NCBI GenBank assembly: GCA_964016885.1
Contig: OZ024740.1
Location: forward strand, 304,358,001 to 304,422,000
Source: Eledone cirrhosa
Taxonomy: Eukaryota
DNA length: 64,000 nt
Direction: 5' to 3'
The notes below the pieces were generated by a model. It had not been told where the DNA came from and did not search any database. It saw only the letters and a program-made list of their open reading frames with translations. The number at the start of each line of letters is the position of its first letter. The stretch's first letter is position 1. Made by a program: the position numbers and the translations under genes. Below are positions 1 through 10,983 of this stretch, piece by piece.

Positions 1-1209
1 TCTATTATAGTTGTTGAAATTGTTACCATAATTAAAGTTGTTATTATTTTGGTTATTTTGTATATTATTATTATTATCGATGTATTTAATTTTATTTCTA
101 TTATTATTATCGATGTATTTATTTATTTTTTTGTGATTATATGTCTGTCTGTATATATACATGAGTGACGCGTGTATACCAATTGAAGATGCACACACAT
201 ATCTATTCATGTATAGCTAAGAATTATGGGTGTGAATGTACAGGCTTACACATGCAGCTTTTGATTGCAGATATGCATAATTTAACAGCCATAAATGCAG
301 AAAAGTTAATCCTATATATTTATATATATATACTAAAAAAATGTTTAATTAATAACACAAGGAGTGTATAGCAATAAATAAAAAATCCCTTATGCTTTGT
401 ATGTATACATTATGTGCGGGAATAGATATAATGTATATTTTCTGAGTGAATGAGTATGTATATATATTTATGTACCTTTGCCTATGTATATGTGATATAC
501 GATAGATAATCTCTCTAGCAATATATATATTTTATAATGTTTAAATTCCAATTTTTAATATATTGATCTCAATTTTTAAACTAAATATATAATCATAATT
601 AAACAATGTGTAATTTCTCATATTATATATCAATATTCCATTCACGAATATTAATATTTTTAATTTTATTTATTCATTTCATCTCAATTGTTAACTCAAC
701 TTAATATAACATAACTTAAGGTTTTCATTCTCTCCCCCCCTCTCTCTATCTCTGCATATCTCTCTCTTGAGTTCTTTCTCTGTCTGATGTTTTGATATCT
801 CCCCGTTATTTTTTCCTCTGTTCTCTTTTCTTTCTTCTTTTTCTTTATCTATCTTTCCCTTTCTTTTCTCCACGTTTCTCTCTCTCCATCTTTTTACTTA
901 CTCTTAACACTATGACTTACTAAAGTAAACAAACCACTATCCGGATGGCCTCCAAAAACAACGGTCACCTTTTTGAAAGGGTACGTCAATATCTATTTAT
1001 AAAACTGTTATATATTATATTTTGTCTGATGAAGGCATACCATGATTTAACTTGGTATCCTTGAAATATATATAATGAAATAAATATGGTTTTATAAATA
1101 TAGTTTCCATTTATTAATATTGTATATCTACTCCAAATATTTGTCGAGTGCTTTATATCAGTTATAATAATATTTGCTTGTTGTATCCCAACAATTTAAA
1201 TAGAACTTT

Positions 1210-1212
<3 letters not shown>
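1..1212 (+). mobile_element. 3' UTR/pseudo-LTR remnant of a Penelope-like element, a diverged relative of the 1587-6108 element
   Basis: ~975-1212 aligns by eye with ~2177-2418 (gaaagg, hammerhead, aaatatggttttataaatatagtttccatttatt, gagtgctttatatcagttataa, cccaacaatttaaata). It is preceded by a similar CT-rich tract and ends in (TA)n. Left boundary is uncertain and may lie outside the window. Confidence 0.6.
1018..1082 (+). ncRNA. Type I minimal hammerhead ribozyme
   Basis: Stem I tattttgt/atgaaata (with G-U pairs); core CTGATGA 1026-1032; imperfect stem II aggcataccatg/cttggtatcctt; GAAA 1063-1066; palindromic stem III (a)tatata(t); UH = TA 1073-1074. Confidence 0.85.

Positions 1213-1283
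<71 letters not shown>
1212..1283. repeat. (TA)n microsatellite; similar tracts at ~1504-1541, 6107-6151, 11390-11541, 12258-12361, 32583-32631
   Basis: Read directly from the sequence. Confidence 0.95.
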
Positions 1284-1286
<3 letters not shown>

Positions 1287-1340
1287 CGTTTCTGAATTTG
1301 TTTAGCAAGATTCTTTATCTGAAAACGTGTGTTGAAACTG

Positions 1341-1499
1341 ATATTGTTATACTTTGGGAGGGTCATGTTGCCAATAAGAAACACACGCACCAGTTACTTT
1401 CACTCCAATTTATTATAAATTAAATTATAAATTTAAAAATTGGAGTAAATGCAACTGGTGCGTGTGTTTCTTATTGGCAAGATGACCCTCCCAAAGTAT

Positions 1500-1507
<8 letters not shown>
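1341..1507. repeat. Long fold-back palindrome (55-bp outer arms plus inner arms)
   Basis: 1341-1395 atattgttatactttgggagggtcatgttgccaataagaaacacacgcaccagtt is the reverse complement of 1453-1507 (1 mismatch); inner arms actccaattt/aaattggagt. Confidence 0.9.
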
Positions 1508-1543
<36 letters not shown>

Positions 1544-1586
1544 AAAGTTATATATAAGTATATATAAGTTATATATAAGTATATAT

Positions 1587-1875
1587 GGAGTTTGTTTATA
1601 ATTATGATATAAACATATGAATTTTTAAAAACTAGACATAAGATCATTACTTTTCACACATTATAGATACACGCCTCATTCATGAATACTGATATTTACA
1701 TTATAATGCCTGTTTTATATTTTCTACATGATGAAACATAGCGTTTTTTGAATTCTGCCTCGTTTATGTCTGGTTATTTTTCATTTTCTCTTTCTCATTT
1801 TCTCTTTTTTCTCTCTATATAACGTCTACTTTCTCTCTTAACTACATACATCTCTCTTTACATTAATACTAGAGC

Positions 1876-1918
<43 letters not shown>

Positions 1919-2330
1919 ATGTATCAATTGATACTCAACTACCTAGTTTCTCTATCTATCTCTATCTATCTCTTTCTTTTTTCCTCTCTCTATATATCTC
2001 TCTCTGTTTCTTTACATGAAGTTCTTCTCTTTATCTATCTTTCTATATCTCTCTATTTAGTCACATGCATTTCTTCTTTTTCTTCGTTTTTCTTCCTTTC
2101 TTTCTTTCTCTCTTTCTTTTTACAACTGTCCACAATATTTTTTACTGCCAAATCAACCTCCCAAATGCAAGTCGATTGAAAGGTATGTCGTATCTATTTA
2201 TTTATAAGACTGTTTATATTGTATTTTGTCTGAAGAAGGCATAACATATTGTTAATATGATATCCCTGAAATATATATAATGAAATAAATATGGTTTTAT
2301 AAATATAGTTTCCATTTATTTAATATCATA
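1587..2330 (+). repeat. 5' pseudo-LTR of the PLE
   Basis: Near-identical to 5365-6108; only two substitutions seen by eye (tttacatg/tttgcatg, ttcttctttt/ttcttcttct). Confidence 0.92.
2222..2287 (+). ncRNA. Type I minimal hammerhead ribozyme in the 5' pLTR
   Basis: Stem I tattttgt/atgaaata; CTGAAGA 2230-2236; imperfect stem II aggcataacatatt/aatatgatatccct; GAAA 2268-2271; tatata; TA cleavage site 2278-2279. Confidence 0.85.
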
Positions 2331-2466
2331 AATATACTCCAAATACTTGTTGAGTGCTTTTATATCAGTTATAAATATTTACTCGTTGTTAACCCAACAA
2401 TTTAAATATAACTTTCCATGTATCTTGCTCCAATACTGTTGAGCGCTTTATATTATAACTGAAAAA

Positions 2467-4684
2467 ATGGAATTCTTTAAGATTACTTCCTCTTTAAAAG
2501 ACATACCTCTACCTAGAAACAAAGACTTTATAAAACAATTAATAGATAAATCTGACTCTTTTATAAGGAGAATCAGGTGGCGAGCATTCCACTTTGATAA
2601 ATCTAATATAAATGAAAATGTCTCGGACCTAAACAAAGTTTTCAAATCCAAAAGAAATCCACCTCCCAACAAACTTTTATCTGACTTTGAAAACGATATA
2701 ATTTCTATCATACAAGGAGTCAAATTCAAGAGAAACTTCAAAGGCCAGGAATATCTGAAAGGCATTAGGGATAATATTGAGAGCTTAGAGAAAACTGAGA
2801 AGATCTTGGTAAAATCTGACAAGACCAACAACCTCTATGGAGTGCAGAAAGACATGTATAATGGCCTCATACTAAAAGAACTGAGGAAAAAGTACAAGGT
2901 AGCGGATAAGGGCGAGCTAGAGAAAATGAATGTTGAGGCATCTTGTATAATGCACGAGTTGGAAATTGAGAACAGAACACAACCTTTCGTGCCCAGGAAA
3001 CCGAAGATCAATATGAAAGATCACAAGAGAAATTTTGAGAATGACTTGCCAGTCAGATTGATCGCACCATCAAAATCGGACCTGGGTAAACTAAGCAAAA
3101 ACATTCTTGACAGGGTGATACAGCAAATTAAAAACTTGAGTTGTTTACCTAACCTGAGCTTGTGGAAGGGAACTGGTGAGGTTGTTGAGTGGTTTAAGCA
3201 AATTAAATATAACAATAATAATAAGTTTATTCAACTTGATATTGCTAACTATTATTCTTCCATTACCCCTAATCTACTAAATAAGGCACTAAATTACGCA
3301 TTCAAACATACAGACCTAACTAGCAATGAAATGCACATTATATTATCGGCTAGGAAAACATTGATAGAATTTAATGACCAACTATGGACCCGAGCAGATA
3401 GAGATAACAATTTTGACATTACTATGGGATCATCCGACTCAGCTCAGGTAACTGACCTTGTGGGCTTATTTTTAATCAATTCGCTGCATAGGAAAATACC
3501 TGGTACTACCGGAGGTTTATATAGAGATGACATGCTTTTACTTATTGATAATAATAACTCTGAACTAAATAGAAAAAGAAAACAAATTACACAATTTTTT
3601 AATCACTTTAATCTAAAAATAGAAATTGACAATAACCATAGAATAGTCAACTTCCTAGATATAACATTAAATCTCAACACATGTCTTCACTATCCATTTC
3701 ACAAGTTGAATGAAAACTTAAACTATGTCAGCTTTAACTCTAACCACCCTAGATCTGTTAAAAATACTATAGTAAACTCTGTTCAATCACGTATCTCTAG
3801 AATCTCATCTAATAAAAAGATTTTCGACGAAAAAGCCCATTATTACAATGAAGCGTTAGCTAGAGCAGGATATAGTGATAAAATTATGTACATAGATAAT
3901 GATAAACAAATTAAACAAAATAACAACTATTTTAATTACGGCCACAACCTTAACAACTATAATAGAAAGCATTACAATAATTCCAAAAGCCATAAAAGAA
4001 ATAGAACTAGGAATATAATATGGTTTGCCCCCCCCCCCTTTCTCACTAAACATTAAAACCCACATCGCTAAACTATTTTTTAAAGCTCTTGATAATCGCT
4101 TCCCTAGAACACATAGGTATCACTCAATTTTCAATAGACATACTATAAAATTAACCTACTCATCCACCAAAAATTTAGCACAAAATATTAATAGAATAAA
4201 TAATAGGAACTTAAAACCTAGCGATAATAGCATAAATAATATCCAAGTTAACAAATGTAACTGTAGAGATAGATCTAAATGTCCGTTAAATAACAACTGC
4301 TTAGTTAAAAATATAATATACAACTGTAATGTTAAAACGGACGTTAATTCTTTTAACTACGTTGGTTCCACATCGACGGAATTTAAACTTCGCTATAACA
4401 ACCACAAGAATTCTTTCACAGATCCATCCAAAAAATCCTCAACAGCACTATCAGGCGTACTCTGGCAACTTAGGCATGATAACGTTAGATATTCGACGAC
4501 TTGGAATATAGTTTCAAGAGGGATTCCTTTTAATTCATCCTCTGAGACATGTGACCTCTGTGCGGAAGAGATATTCTTTATACTAAAATCTAAAAATTCC
4601 CTTAATCTACGGACAAATTTATTCAGTTGCTGCAGACATAGATTGAACTCAACGTTTAAATATAAGTTTAAATTTAAAATGTAG
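2467..4684 (+). CDS. PLE polyprotein: reverse transcriptase + CxCx5Cx5C linker + GIY-YIG endonuclease (~738 aa once one extra C at 4028-4038 is removed)
   Basis: ORF 2467-4056 has RT motifs FIQLDIANYYSSI, ITMGSSDSAQVTDLVG, LYRDD, VNFLDITL. ORF 4025-4684 has CNCRDRSKCPLNNNC, IIY...YVGSTSTEFKLRYNNH, CDLC..E, CCRH. The frame change lies in a C11 run within the WFxPPFS motif. Confidence 0.9.
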
Positions 4685-5364
4685 TTATGTTTGATTTGAT
4701 TTGTAATTATTTATGAAACTAGCCGATAAATCGTTCGATTTCTTCTTATTATTAAAACATTCTTTTTATTAAAACATTCTTCATAAATAATTAAACTACC
4801 CTAAAAGCTGATGCTCCAAATATATCGAATTAAATTTTACACTAGATAAACTTCTATATTAAATATAAGAACATATGTAGACCAAATGGGTATCCTAAAC
4901 TTTTGGAATGATTTCTGCTAGACAGGATTTGGTAAACAAATTTTGTTTTATCTGTTTCGACTCTGATGCTTATGATGAACTTGGCAATATATTGTCAATT
5001 AACTTTGAAAGGCTGATCTTTGTGGCCGATTTGCGTGGCATACTATGTTTTATTTTTATTATTTTTTAATATTTTGTAATATTTTTATTTTTAATATTAA
5101 ATGTTTTAGTTTTCTGTTTATTTATTTATTTTCTTGTCTCTGATATTTTTATTTTTATTTTTATTTATATTTATTTTTATTTTTATTTTTATTAATATAT
5201 TGAAATCTGTTCTCTATTTCTGCTTGATCGACAATCATGTAGAGTAAAGACAAGAATAGTATTGTTAAAATTAATATAGACTCTATATATATATGTGTAT
5301 ATATACACACATATATGTATACTTGAATTTTTATAGCACAATGAGAATGTTTTCGTGTGAATTG

Positions 5365-5653
5365 GGAGTTTGTTTATAATTATGATATAAACATATGAAT
5401 TTTTAAAAACTAGACATAAGATCATTACTTTTCACACATTATAGATACACGCCTCATTCATGAATACTGATATTTACATTATAATGCCTGTTTTATATTT
5501 TCTACATGATGAAACATAGCGTTTTTTGAATTCTGCCTCGTTTATGTCTGGTTATTTTTCATTTTCTCTTTCTCATTTTCTCTTTTTTCTCTCTATATAA
5601 CGTCTACTTTCTCTCTTAACTACATACATCTCTCTTTACATTAATACTAGAGC

Positions 5654-5696
<43 letters not shown>

Positions 5697-6102
5697 ATGT
5701 ATCAATTGATACTCAACTACCTAGTTTCTCTATCTATCTCTATCTATCTCTTTCTTTTTTCCTCTCTCTATATATCTCTCTCTGTTTCTTTGCATGAAGT
5801 TCTTCTCTTTATCTATCTTTCTATATCTCTCTATTTAGTCACATGCATTTCTTCTTCTTCTTCGTTTTTCTTCCTTTCTTTCTTTCTCTCTTTCTTTTTA
5901 CAACTGTCCACAATATTTTTTACTGCCAAATCAACCTCCCAAATGCAAGTCGATTGAAAGGTATGTCGTATCTATTTATTTATAAGACTGTTTATATTGT
6001 ATTTTGTCTGAAGAAGGCATAACATATTGTTAATATGATATCCCTGAAATATATATAATGAAATAAATATGGTTTTATAAATATAGTTTCCATTTATTTA
6101 AT

Positions 6103-6108
<6 letters not shown>
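5365..6108 (+). repeat. 3' pseudo-LTR of the PLE
   Basis: Direct repeat of 1587-2330, ending in (TA)n. Confidence 0.92.
6000..6065 (+). ncRNA. Type I minimal hammerhead ribozyme in the 3' pLTR
   Basis: Identical to 2222-2287. Confidence 0.85.
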
Positions 6109-6150
<42 letters not shown>

Positions 6151-6155
<5 letters not shown>

Positions 6156-6366
6156 TAAAATAACAGATTAAAGTTTAAGCAAAGAATCGCTGCTTTCATC
6201 CTTAACGGGATCTTCTGAAACTAAAAAAATCAATCTGTGAACGCAGAAGTAAATATTTCGAAAAATGTTGCAACCGAAGGAAGACAGGAAAACGATAATT
6301 TGGTTCGTGAAGATGTTCCCTGGCAATGAACGGGGAAAAAACGAAGATAATACGTCGTTATGTGGA
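6151..6366. repeat. ~215-bp inverted repeat pair (partner 9832-10046) bounding the decayed PLE
   Basis: tttattaaaataacagattaaagtttaagcaaagaatcgc... is the reverse complement of ...gcgattctttgcttaaactttaatctgttattttaataaa. Confidence 0.9.
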
Positions 6367-6424
6367 GTCGTAGACTAATATTCTATTTAGGAAACCGAAT
6401 GATTCACGGCTTCGGAGTTAAGAA

Positions 6425-6525
6425 TAATTGTTTCTACTTTTGGCAGAAGGCCAGCAAATACCAGTGCATTACTGGTACTTTATTTTATCGACCCTGTAAG
6501 GATGAAAGGCAAAGTTAACCTTCGG
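6425..6525 (-). mobile_element. tRNA-derived SINE fragment
   Basis: Minus strand ...ttaactttgcctttcatccttacagggtcgataaaataaagtaccagtaatgcactgg; same family as 6990-7120 and 34062-34190. Confidence 0.65.
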
Positions 6526-6989
6526 AGTTAAGAATAATGTAAATAAATTAGTAGAACGAAAATGACAGGTTATTAAAATCATAAAAGTAATAAAAATTAA
6601 ATAGACACATCTATATACGTACATACACGTGCATACGCGAAAACACCCGCCATGCATATACGTACATGCACGTACACATAAACACGCGCGCCACATGTAC
6701 CTGCACATATACGAACGTATTCACCAAATACACATTAAAAAAATGTGTGTGCCTGTGTGTATACATATAATTATATAAACGTATATAAATATACACACAT
6801 AAATACACACATAAATACGTATATAACGCACGCACGCACACACCTATAAGTAAATACACATATGTTCACCAAACGTACCTATACCAAAACTCAAAGTACA
6901 CATATACACACCTTACACACGCATACACACACAAACGCAAAATACACATATACACATAACCATATACAGATATACCAGTATATATAATA

Positions 6990-7120
6990 TAATTGTTTCT
7001 ACTTTAGGCACAAGGCCAGCAATTACCCAGTGCATTACTGGTACTTTACTTTATCGACCCAGTAAGGATGAAAGGCAAAGTCAACCTCGGCGGGATTTGA
7101 ACTCAGATCGTAAAGGGACG
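6990..7120 (-). mobile_element. tRNA-derived SINE fragment
   Basis: Minus-strand B box GAGTTCAAATCCC followed by gccgaggttgactttgcctttcatcc...gtcgataaa...gtaccagt. Confidence 0.7.
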
Positions 7121-7904
7121 TTATATATATAATATATAGGTGTATATATTATATATATAGGTGTATATATTATATATATATAGGTGTATATATTATATAT
7201 AATATAATATATACACCTATAACAAATACAAACATACGAGAAAGTATACGTACCTCCACAAAGCATACGGGTAAGGTATACTTACCTATACAAATAAGTA
7301 ATGGTATAAACATAAAATATACTTAGCTACCACACCAAGACGTAAATTATCCGCGTATTGTTCGTACTATCCGTTAGGGTATAACGTGGGGCTGTAATAC
7401 AGGAAAGTTTTATGCAATTTTTTGTTTAAGATGTGATCATTGGCGTAGAGTATTTCCAGGGCTTCAGCGGCGCAAAGATCGCATGGTCTTTTATTTACGT
7501 TATACGATCTAGCTTCAACTAGGATCTTCCAGTGTAACCTATATTGGATGTGGTTGTCTTTTAGACTCCAGATATAAGTTGAAAGTGACGGCATGTTCCT
7601 TCTTAAAGGGTTAAGAAAAGAATGGGTGTGCATGTAAAGACGCTGCTTGAATCTATTGGCGGTTAACCTTATGTAGGCCCTACTAGACGTGGGTGTTTCG
7701 ACAATGATACTGGAGAGGCATTTCCCGGATAGAGGGCAGTCAACCTGATTCCTACAATTACACTTAGTACTAACTACAGGGTTGCACCTGTTCCTACGGC
7801 CAGGTAATTTAGCTAAGTTTGAAGCAGTGATGTTATGTGCAAAGTTAGGAGTCGTAGAGTAAGATATTTTAATGGTATTTCTATAAATCTTTTTATTATA
7901 TTTA

Positions 7905-8781
7905 CTAGCAGTGGTACCCGGCGTTGCACGGGATAAGGTATTTTGGAAGTCGGGCCTCCAACAGACCTAATCGTGGAAAAACTGCATGCCTCGACAATAT
8001 GTAAAGAAAATAAACCAAATACTCTGATGGCTAAATAATCTTTAAGATTTTCCTCGATGAAGCAGGAAAAATGCCGGTTTTCACCTAATGTGGGCCCTAG
8101 GGGATCAAGAAAATGAATTTTTTTTATGTGCATAATATGCCTTGAAATTTCGGGAAAATCGGCTAGACGTAACGCCTCCAAAAAGCCCTAAGAAGCCGAA
8201 AAAATGAAGATTCTCACCTAATGCGGGCCCTAGGCCATAAGAAAGTTGGATTTTCTTTGCTCACGGTATGAAGAAGACACTGACTAATACATAGTTACAA
8301 TTTCAAGGAAATCGGTCTGACGTAACGCCTAAAAAAACCCCTAAAAATGTTAAAAAACCCAGTTTTTCACCTAATGCGGGCCCTAGGAGATAAATAAGTA
8401 ATATACATGTAAAGTTTGAAAAAAATCGGTTGGGTACTTCTCGAATTTTAGGGATTCAAACTCTCTCTCACACACACACACAGACAGACATCCTCAGGGA
8501 AGTGACGTAATGCAGACAGCCAGACATACAGACAGATATTATAAGGGCGCGACGTTATAAGTATGTATCTATCTAAAAAGAGAAAGACTAAGAATTATAG
8601 AGAGAGATCGCTAAATCGCCTAATGCGGTCCCTAGAACATTGAAAATTTGAATTTTTTTTCTCAGAACACTCCCTGAAACATAAGTTTTACATGTGTAAA
8701 ATTTGAAAACAGTCGGCTGGGTGGTTCTCGAGTTTTAGGGATTCGAACTCACACACAGACAGACATCCTCAGTTTTATAGA
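7905..8781 (-). mobile_element. Non-autonomous Helitron inserted in the PLE ORF
   Basis: Minus strand starts TCTATAAAACTGAGGATGTCTGTCTG and ends with a GC hairpin (cccgtgcaacgccggg) + CTAG. It sits between A and T with no TSD; removing it rejoins PLE codons F-P-S-A-H-K-Y-N. Internal repeats with core cctaatg(c/t)gg(g/t)ccctag at ~8081, 8214, 8367, 8618. Confidence 0.85.
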
Positions 8782-9974
8782 TGTGCTGAGGGGAAATGCT
8801 TTTTAATAAGGGAGAGAAAATCTTAGCTAATGGTGTGGCCACCTCCATATTATATGGTGGGTTATACCATATAATGCATCAGGATCTATTTTTCCTAGGT
8901 TTATGCTCATACTTAGTATATGCTACCTTATCGACAAATCCACCCCGAGCAAGAGCTTCATTGTAATATGTGGAATGGTCGGTGAAAATATGTTCGTTTG
9001 TAGATAGACGAGAAAGCCTGAAAGAAGCGTTTCTTACCAGGTTCTTGATTATGCTGGCAGGATGGTTAGAATGCTTACTGATGTAATTGAGTGTATCATT
9101 CGGCTTTCTATACGGGTAGTGCATGCCATTCGACAAATTGAGGGTAACGTCGAGGTAGTTTATGACCAAGAGGTTGGCCTCAACCTATCGCGGTACAAAC
9201 CACCGCCCACATCGGGGAATTCTTCCTTAGATAGAGAAAAGAAGGAAAAGGCCGATAAGATCTGTAACCTCCGCCGAATCAATGGCACCCATACTCACGT
9301 CGAATGGGGTACTATAGATTTTTTTTTCATCCAAATAGAGTCGTCGAAATTAATCAACGACTTACGGGCATTGAGGATGACACCAACTTCGAAATCCTTA
9401 ACCACCGTGAGCGTTTTAGCGAAATTGATAGCTCTAAGAAGAAGTGGTAAAGTGATGGAGGAGTGGTAGTCATTGATGTCGATTTGGATAAAACGGCAAT
9501 GTTCCTTGTTGCATATGCCATTGAACCAATCAATCACCGCGAAGAATTATTCCACAGTGCAAGAGGGACCAAGTTTCTAATTTCATGTATGATTCTATGT
9601 AAAATCCTTTTACTAAGTCTACCTAAATCAGACTTCGTAGGGTTAGTTAACCGAATAGAAGGGTTGTTGGCGAAATTGGGTTTGTGATCCTTCAGGGTAA
9701 AGTGGGGGAGAAAAAGGATCCAGAGGTTCAGTCCGGTCCTGGATGTTGAGTTCCGAAGTGATTTTAAACACAGCATCATTGATGTCATTAATAACACTCC
9801 GATTGGTTTTCCGGTAATCATTTGTTACAGTTCCACATAACAACGTATTATCTTCGTTTTTTTCCGTTCATTGCCAGGGAACGTCTTCACGAACCAAAGT
9901 ATCGCCTTCCTGTTTTCCTTTGGTTGCAATGTTTATCGAAATATTTACTTCTGCGTTCACAGATTGATTTTTTT

Positions 9975-10025
9975 AGTTTCAGAAGATCCCGTTAAGGATG
10001 AAAGCAGCGATTCTTTGCTTAAACT
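9975..10025 (+). ncRNA. Variant/degenerate hammerhead-like motif (second copy at 6172-6222, minus strand)
   Basis: Stem I agttt/aaact; core CAGAAGA (U4->A); stem II tcc/gga with an extra T; GAAA; stem III gcag/ttgc; UH = TT. Located near the PLE 3' end, as in the other element. Confidence 0.45.
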
Positions 10026-10069
10026 TTAATCTGTTATTTTAATAAATTAATACATATGTATATATATAT

Positions 10070-10347
10070 ACAGGCTCAGGTGCATTCCCATATTACGTCT
10101 ACACAGTCACACACACGCATACACATAATTCCATATACGCCCACATGTGGATACACCCACACGGACACAGGGTCAAAGTCACCTCTGAAGGTGTACTTTG
10201 AGTCTGGCGCCTTAGACCGCTCGGCCATCCAGAGGTGACTTTGACCCTATGTCCGTGTGGGTATATCCACATGTGGGCGTATATGGAATTATGTGTATGC
10301 GTGTGTGTGACTGTGTAGACGTAATATGGGAATGCACCTGAGCCTGT
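10070..10347. repeat. Long fold-back palindrome, 118-bp arms, 42-nt spacer
   Basis: 10070-10187 is the reverse complement of 10230-10347 with ~2 mismatches. Confidence 0.92.
10198..10230 (-). pseudogene. tRNA-Leu(CAA) 5'-half fragment
   Basis: GGATGGCCGAGCGGTCTAAGGCGCCAGACTCAA matches the conserved metazoan tRNA-Leu(CAA) from the acceptor stem to the anticodon; 3' half absent. Confidence 0.8.
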
Positions 10348-10680
10348 GTTTGTGCGTGTGTGCTTGCAATGATGTGCGTTGACAAACATACACGCATATG
10401 TACTTTATGCTGAAATAAGAATTGAAGTCCTTTACACTTCTGGATTTTGACACAGGCTTTTTGGTATTTTTCACTCCACTTTTACCTCATTTGTTTTTAA
10501 AACGCACCCATCTTTTGTTAGACTGTGTGGACGTAAATAGGTGAATGCACCGAACCTGTGTTTATACGTGTGCACGCGCAACGGTACGCACTGGCGGACA
10601 ATCACACGTACATACTCTATGCTAGAATAAGAATTATAATTCTTTACACTTCTCGATTCTGACACACAGGTTTTTTATTT
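10309..10680. repeat. Diverged tandem duplication, ~210-bp period
   Basis: gactgtgtagacgtaa...aataagaatt...tttacacttc...gacacagg (10309-10470) recurs at 10521-10680. Confidence 0.7.
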
Positions 10681-10983
10681 CAGTTTATATTTTTGGCAGG
10701 ATAGATACCAGTCTACACACATAAATTGTGCAGACCACAGCAGCAGCATACTAAGGTTGACCTGCTAGCTGACCTCTTAACACTTTTGACTGAGAAGTGG
10801 TCTCATAACTGAGCAATGGGATACGAGCGTGTCCTATGATGCTGAAATTCGTTTGTTCTAGCCCATATGATTCCAGTTCCTCGGAGGACTAACAACACAC
10901 CCAGGAGCTGGAAATATCGATGTATTGACAGATTGAAACACACTTCAACAACATGTGTACCTGTCTTTCCCACACCGATTCGG

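Larger units (their letters stand above)
1587..6108 (+). mobile_element. Penelope-like retroelement (Naiad-like, C-terminal GIY-YIG) with direct pseudo-LTRs
   Basis: RT + GIY-YIG coding region flanked by near-identical 744-bp direct repeats (offset 3778), each carrying a hammerhead; both ends abut TA-rich microsatellite. Confidence 0.92.
6151..10046 (-). mobile_element. Decayed, 5'-truncated Penelope-like element (Naiad-like) with an inverted terminal repeat
   Basis: Frameshifted minus-strand remnants at ~7367-9830: IRLTNPTKSDLGRLSK, FIQIDINDYHSSIT, FDVSMGAIDSAEVTDLIG, GLYRD, NYLDVTL, CNCRNQVDCPLSGKC, CDLCAAE. 6151-6366 is an inverted copy of 9832-10046. Confidence 0.88.

Noticed and set aside
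1919-2179. Duplicated hydrophobic 86-aa ORF (also 5697-5957)
   Set aside because: Translation of a CT-rich low-complexity tract in the pLTR; the duplication is explained by the pLTR.
2440-2442. In-frame TGA upstream of the PLE ATG as a selenocysteine codon
   Set aside because: It lies outside conserved Cys motifs, in a duplicated leader motif, and no SECIS could be identified by eye.
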